Shown here in pieces: positions 19,426-24,000 of a DNA stretch of 24,000 bases (positions are counted from its first letter, which is position 1; every line of letters begins with the position of its first letter). The translations under genes were made by a program, and so were the position numbers. Under the pieces are notes generated by a model that saw nothing but the letters and a program-made list of their open reading frames with translations, did not search any database and was not told the origin of the DNA. Where the stretch lies: positions 450,763 through 474,762 of the forward strand of contig NZ_JBIFXS010000001.1 in assembly GCF_043558645.1 (NCBI RefSeq), read 5' to 3'. This DNA comes from Mariniflexile sp. HNIBRBA6329 (GTDB taxonomy: Bacteria; Bacteroidota; Bacteroidia; Flavobacteriales; Flavobacteriaceae).

Positions 19426-22239
19426 ATGCCAATTAAACAACTACCAATATTGTTCATATTCTTTTTTTGCACTTTGGTTAATGGGCAAGAGCATCCGCCC
19501 ATACAAACATTTATGCCAAATGAATACGGTGCAGAGAATCAGAATTGGTCCATTTCACAATCTAAAGAAAAGCATATTTATGTAGCTAATAATAAAGGCT
19601 TATTGGTATTTAATGGTGCTAAATGGGTACTATACAACTCACCAAACCAAACCATTGTTAGATCTGTTAATGTTATTGATGAATTAGTTTATACAGGTTG
19701 TTATAGAGAGTTTGGTTTTTGGGAAAAGAATAATTTAGGAATTTTAAATTATACGTCTCTATCATCAAAACTAAAAATATCATTTTTAGAAGATGAAGAA
19801 ATTTGGAACATCATTCATGTTGATGACTTTATTCTGTTTCAATCACTAAAGCGCATTTATGTTTACAACAAAAGAGATGGTACATGTTCTATTATAAGCT
19901 CCAACACGATTCTTTATAAAGTATTTAAAATTAATGAAGGTGTTTATTTTCAAAAAACCAAAGAAGGTGTTTTCGAAATTGTTAATGGTAAAGTACGTTT
20001 AGTAAGCAACCACCCTATTTTAAAAGAAAATTTACTGGTTAATATTTTCAACCATCAAGGTAATTTACTATTTCAAACGGAAGATAATGGATTTTACATT
20101 TTTAAGTATGATACACTTATAAAATGGGATATTTCAGCAAATGAAGTTCTTTTAAAGGATAGAATTTATAGCAGTATTCAATTGAAGGACCATAGTTTTA
20201 TTCTTGGAACTATTTCAAATGGCATTTTACATGTAACTTCAGATGGCGATATTGAACATCACATCAATCAAAATAATGGATTAAGTAATAATACGGTGCT
20301 TTCGGTTTTTGAAGATGGGGATAATAATGTATGGTTAGGTTTAGAAAACGGTATTAATTGTATTAACCTTAGTTCACCATTTACAATTTATAATGGAGAA
20401 AAAGGTAAAATAGGTTCGGTAAATACCTCCATTTTATTCAATAATTATTTATATATAGGAACCAATCAAGGCTTATTTTATAAAGAAATAAATTCTAATA
20501 ATCAATTTAAATTAGTACCAGGTACTCAAGGCGCAGTTTGGTGTTTAACTAGTATAGACAACACACTTTTTTGTGGAAATAATTCTGGAACTTTTATAAT
20601 CAATGGTGAACAGGCACAGTTTATTTCAGACATACAGGGTACATGGAACATAAAAACCATATCAAAAGATGATAAACTACTGCTTCAAGGTAACTATAAT
20701 GGTTTAAATATTCTTGAGAACAAACAAGGACAATGGGTGTTTAGAAATAAAATTGAAGGTTTTGATACTTCCAGTCGCTATTTTGAAATACTTAATGGCA
20801 CAGATGTGTTTGTTAGCCATGAATATAAAGGTGTTTTTAAAGTAAAGTTAGATACTAATTATACAAAAGCTATCTCTGTTTTGAAGGACACTTCAGTGGC
20901 TCAAGGTCTTAAAACAAGCTTAATTAAGTATCATAACCAATTATTATACACACAAAAAGACGGTGTTTTTAAGTATGATGAAATAAAAAACAGGTTTGTA
21001 AAAGATTCAATTTTAAGTGGATTGTTTCTAAAAGAACAATTTACTTCAGGTAAATTAGTATTCATTAAAGAAACCAACACACTTTGGTCTTTTTCGTTAC
21101 ATGATATTAGTTATTTTGCACCTTTTAAACTTAGTAATAGTTATAAAATAAATAAAATCCCATTACCAAGTTCCTTAAGAAATGATGTCTCAGGTTATGA
21201 AAATGTATCGTATATAAACAATAATAAATACCTGTATGGAAATACATTAGGGTATATAATAATAGATTTAGATAAACTTAATAAAAAACCACATAAAGTA
21301 AATGTAGATCTAATTTCTAAAGGTTATTATAAAAATAACAGCTTTAAAACTGAATTTTTAGATCCTTCAACAAAAGGTCTTTTTAAGAATAACGAAAACA
21401 ATTTAGAGTTTAATTTTAGCGTACCAGAATACAATAAATATTTAGAAGCCGAATACCAATATAAGTTAGAAGGCATCTATGATTTTTGGAGCAATTGGTC
21501 AACCCAATCCAATGCATTATTTGAAAATTTACCATTTGGTGAATATACATTTTATGTAAAATCCAGAATAGGTAATGAAGTTTCAGAAAATATAGAAAGC
21601 TATAGCTTTAAAATAGATCCACCTTGGTATTTAACCAAAGTTATGTTTGGAATCTATTTTATTTTGGTGGCATTATTTTCTTTGTTTATGCATACCGCTT
21701 ATAAGCGCTATTATAGAAAGCAACGTGAAAAATTGCTTTACAAAACACAGCGCGATTTAGAATTGAAAGAATTAGAGAATAAGCAACAATTGATGCATTT
21801 TAATAATGAAAATTTAAAACAGGATATTGATAACAAAAACAGAGAGTTGGCTATATCTACTATGAGCTTAATTAAGAAAAATGAATTCTTAAATACCATT
21901 AAGAGTGAACTGCAAAAAGCCCAAGACCAGAAAAGTTTAAAAAGTGTTATAAAAATTATTGATAAAAATTTAAATAATACAGACGATTGGCATGCTTTTG
22001 AAGAAGCCTTTAATAATGCAGATCAAGATTTCCTTAAAAAGATAAAATCTGAACACCCTTCACTTACTTCTAACGATTTAAGACTTTGCGCCTACCTTCG
22101 TTTAAATCTTTCTTCAAAAGAAATTGCACCACTACTTAATATTTCATCTAGAAGTGTAGAGGTAAAACGCTATAGATTGCGAAAAAAAATGGATTTACCC
22201 CATGAATCGAGTTTAACAGATTATATTTTAGAAATCTAA
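19426..22239 (+). CDS. One-component membrane-spanning regulator: periplasmic beta-propeller repeats, Y_Y_Y domain, TM helix, coiled coil, LuxR-like HTH
   Basis: LSNNTVLSVFEDGDNNVWLGLENGINCINL (propeller), YQYKLEGIYDFWSNWSTQSNALFENLPFGEYTFYVKSR (Y_Y_Y), VMFGIYFILVALFSLFMHTAY (TM), LTSNDLRLCAYLRLNLSSKEIAPLLNISSRSVEVKRYRLRKKM (HTH). No kinase motifs seen. Confidence 0.88.
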   Translation: MPIKQLPILFIFFFCTLVNGQEHPPIQTFMPNEYGAENQNWSISQSKEKHIYVANNKGLLVFNGAKWVLYNSPNQTIVRSVNVIDELVYTGCYREFGFWEKNNLGILNYTSLSSKLKISFLEDEEIWNIIHVDDFILFQSLKRIYVYNKRDGTCSIISSNTILYKVFKINEGVYFQKTKEGVFEIVNGKVRLVSNHPILKENLLVNIFNHQGNLLFQTEDNGFYIFKYDTLIKWDISANEVLLKDRIYSSIQLKDHSFILGTISNGILHVTSDGDIEHHINQNNGLSNNTVLSVFEDGDNNVWLGLENGINCINLSSPFTIYNGEKGKIGSVNTSILFNNYLYIGTNQGLFYKEINSNNQFKLVPGTQGAVWCLTSIDNTLFCGNNSGTFIINGEQAQFISDIQGTWNIKTISKDDKLLLQGNYNGLNILENKQGQWVFRNKIEGFDTSSRYFEILNGTDVFVSHEYKGVFKVKLDTNYTKAISVLKDTSVAQGLKTSLIKYHNQLLYTQKDGVFKYDEIKNRFVKDSILSGLFLKEQFTSGKLVFIKETNTLWSFSLHDISYFAPFKLSNSYKINKIPLPSSLRNDVSGYENVSYINNNKYLYGNTLGYIIIDLDKLNKKPHKVNVDLISKGYYKNNSFKTEFLDPSTKGLFKNNENNLEFNFSVPEYNKYLEAEYQYKLEGIYDFWSNWSTQSNALFENLPFGEYTFYVKSRIGNEVSENIESYSFKIDPPWYLTKVMFGIYFILVALFSLFMHTAYKRYYRKQREKLLYKTQRDLELKELENKQQLMHFNNENLKQDIDNKNRELAISTMSLIKKNEFLNTIKSELQKAQDQKSLKSVIKIIDKNLNNTDDWHAFEEAFNNADQDFLKKIKSEHPSLTSNDLRLCAYLRLNLSSKEIAPLLNISSRSVEVKRYRLRKKMDLPHESSLTDYILEI

Positions 22240-22470
22240 CTACACTACAACACTTCATTTTACCTATACAACACCACAACATTGAGGCTTTTTCGTTGTA
22301 TGTTATTTTAAATTATAAAGTGAATTACATATTAAATCCGCTATGAATTTAAGATTATCATAAATAAAAGCAGTTTTTTTTGAATTGTATGTTTTTTGTA
22401 TAGGCTTAATATTAGAATTCAATAATATATATAGCTAGTTTTACTTAAACTAAAATTAAACTAAATTAAT

Positions 22471-24000
22471 ATGAGACAAACCTTTTTTAAAATTCTTTGC
22501 TTTTTCTTTTTTGCATACTCAGGTGCGCAAAATTTTGATATTAGCGGAACTGTCCAAGACAATACAGGATTTCCAATTGCTGGAGTTAATGTACTTGTTA
22601 AAAGCACTACTAAAGGAGCTGTAACCGATTTTGATGGTAATTTTACAATTACTGATGTAAAAAAAGGATCTACGCTCACATTCAGTTACATTGGTTATGT
22701 AACTAAAGAAATAGTTGTGACAAATAGTACGAAGTTATCTATTCAACTTGAAGAAGATTTAGCAAAACTGGATGAAATAGTTGTTATAGGTTATGGTACA
22801 CAAACTAAAAAAGAAATTACAGGAGCAGTAAGCGTTGTTGGCGCAGAAACTATCGATGCACTTAAGCCAACACGTATAGAACAAGCTTTACAAGGTCAAG
22901 TAGCAGGGGTTAATATTACCACACAATCTGGTACTCCTGGTGGTGGTTCTACAATTAGTATTAGAGGTGTTTCTACCAATGGAGATAGCCGCCCTTTAAT
23001 ATTGGTGGATGGCAATGTTATTGAAGACCTTAGTGTTATTAACCCAAACGACATTGAAAGCATGAACATACTTAAAGATGCCACTGCAGGTATCTATGGG
23101 GTTAGGGCTGCTAATGGGGTTATACTTATTACGACTAAAACTGGACGTAAACAGATGCCATTAACAGTTGAGTATAACGCATACGGAGGTTTCCAGCAAA
23201 CCACTCGAAAAATACCTGTTTTAAACGCTACCGAATATGCCTTATTGGCTAATGAAGCATCAGTTGCTGGAGGGGGGGCATTACTATACACAGATGTTTC
23301 TTCATTAGGTGCAGGAACCGATTGGCAAGACCAAGTTTTTAAAAATGCGTTTATTATGAATCATAATATACTTTTTAAAGGTGGTGGTAAAAAATCTTCT
23401 TATTCTTATAGTGGGTCTTTTTTAACGCAAGATGGTATTGTAGGAGGAGCTGATTCAAATTTCACACGTTTTACAAATAATGCCAGTTATAATTTAGATT
23501 TTTTTGAAAATTTTAAATTCACATCAGGGCTTACTTTAATGCGCACCAATAAAAATAATCTTCCAGAAAACTCTAATGCTTCGGTGCTTTTTAATGCCTT
23601 AAATATGGCACCTACTTTTTCTATAATAGATGAAAACGGCAATTACACAAAAGCAGAAGGTTTAGGCGCGGAAGTTATTAACCCATTAGCTCAAATAGAT
23701 GATACCTATGATAGAGGTAAGGTTCTGAAACTAAGTGGAAATGCAGGATTATCATACAACTTCTTAGATCATTTTACAGCACAATCCAATATACAGTTTA
23801 ATTACGCTGAGGTAAGTTCCCATGTTTTTAACCCTATTGCAAATTTTGGTAGCGGAAAAGTTTTTAATGTGGATAGAAGTAGTGTATTTGAAGGTTTAAA
23901 TTACTTCAGAGATTATACGTTTGACGCTTTTGTTAAATATGAAAATAAAATTAACGACATTCATAATATCAATGTGCTTTTAGGAACATCCGTTTTTAAA
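22471..24000 (+). CDS. SusC/RagA family TonB-linked outer membrane protein, N-terminal part (runs off window)
   Basis: Open frame not in the ORF track: MRQTFFKILCFFFFAYSGAQNFDISGTVQDNTGFPIAGVNVLVKSTTKGAVTDFDGNFTI…LDEIVVIGYGTQTKKEITGAVSVV…LQGQVAGVNITTQSGTPGGGSTISIRGVST…PLILVDGNVI…IYGVRAANGVILITTKTG. Confidence 0.95.
   Translation, partial: MRQTFFKILCFFFFAYSGAQNFDISGTVQDNTGFPIAGVNVLVKSTTKGAVTDFDGNFTITDVKKGSTLTFSYIGYVTKEIVVTNSTKLSIQLEEDLAKLDEIVVIGYGTQTKKEITGAVSVVGAETIDALKPTRIEQALQGQVAGVNITTQSGTPGGGSTISIRGVSTNGDSRPLILVDGNVIEDLSVINPNDIESMNILKDATAGIYGVRAANGVILITTKTGRKQMPLTVEYNAYGGFQQTTRKIPVLNATEYALLANEASVAGGGALLYTDVSSLGAGTDWQDQVFKNAFIMNHNILFKGGGKKSSYSYSGSFLTQDGIVGGADSNFTRFTNNASYNLDFFENFKFTSGLTLMRTNKNNLPENSNASVLFNALNMAPTFSIIDENGNYTKAEGLGAEVINPLAQIDDTYDRGKVLKLSGNAGLSYNFLDHFTAQSNIQFNYAEVSSHVFNPIANFGSGKVFNVDRSSVFEGLNYFRDYTFDAFVKYENKINDIHNINVLLGTSVFK

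Noticed and set aside
23271-23277. G7 homopolymer inside susC as a possible phase-variable tract
   Set aside because: Encodes Gly-Gly in the intact frame (GGA GGG GGG GCA) and is short; no second allele or frameshift evidence from one sequence. Only worth a look in read-level data.
22461-23291. Minus-strand ORFs (22461-22679, 22896-23084, 23094-23291) at the right end
   Set aside because: They lie antisense to the SusC/RagA gene, whose + frame is open and conserved; the track simply omitted that gene because it has no stop in the window.

Overview
This window is AT-rich chromosomal DNA from a Flavobacteriaceae-like bacterium. Support for that placement: TAnnTTTG promoter elements, a SusC/RagA protein, a Y_Y_Y regulator and a head-GIN protein. 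Left to right it contains: the 3' end of an S8 subtilase; an M1 metallopeptidase lipoprotein; a DUF3826-like secreted protein; a TPP riboswitch leading a complete thiamine operon (thiS-thiC-thiE paralog-thiD-thiE-thiG-thiH-thiF/rhodanese); rnpA; an S41 C-terminal processing protease; and a protein with tandem OmpA-like domains. On the minus strand are an ElaA-type GNAT, a CDF cation transporter and rpiB. A ~625-bp very AT-rich divergent intergenic region follows, then rnr (RNase R) carrying an in-frame palindromic repeat, a DUF2807 (head GIN) protein, a one-component Y_Y_Y/LuxR-like regulator, and the 5' part of a SusC/RagA TonB-dependent receptor. I found no novel defence or mobile system. 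The most interesting signal is the rpiB-rnr intergenic region. It has DnaA-box-like motifs (one perfect TGTGGATAA), near-pure A/T stretches, and an apparent switch in G/C strand asymmetry across it, so it is a candidate chromosomal replication origin. Next are the 'VIPAKAGIH' palindromic repeat inside RNase R, with a second copy abutting the CDF stop codon, and shared TTGTATAGG-type motifs upstream of both the regulator and the adjacent susC.
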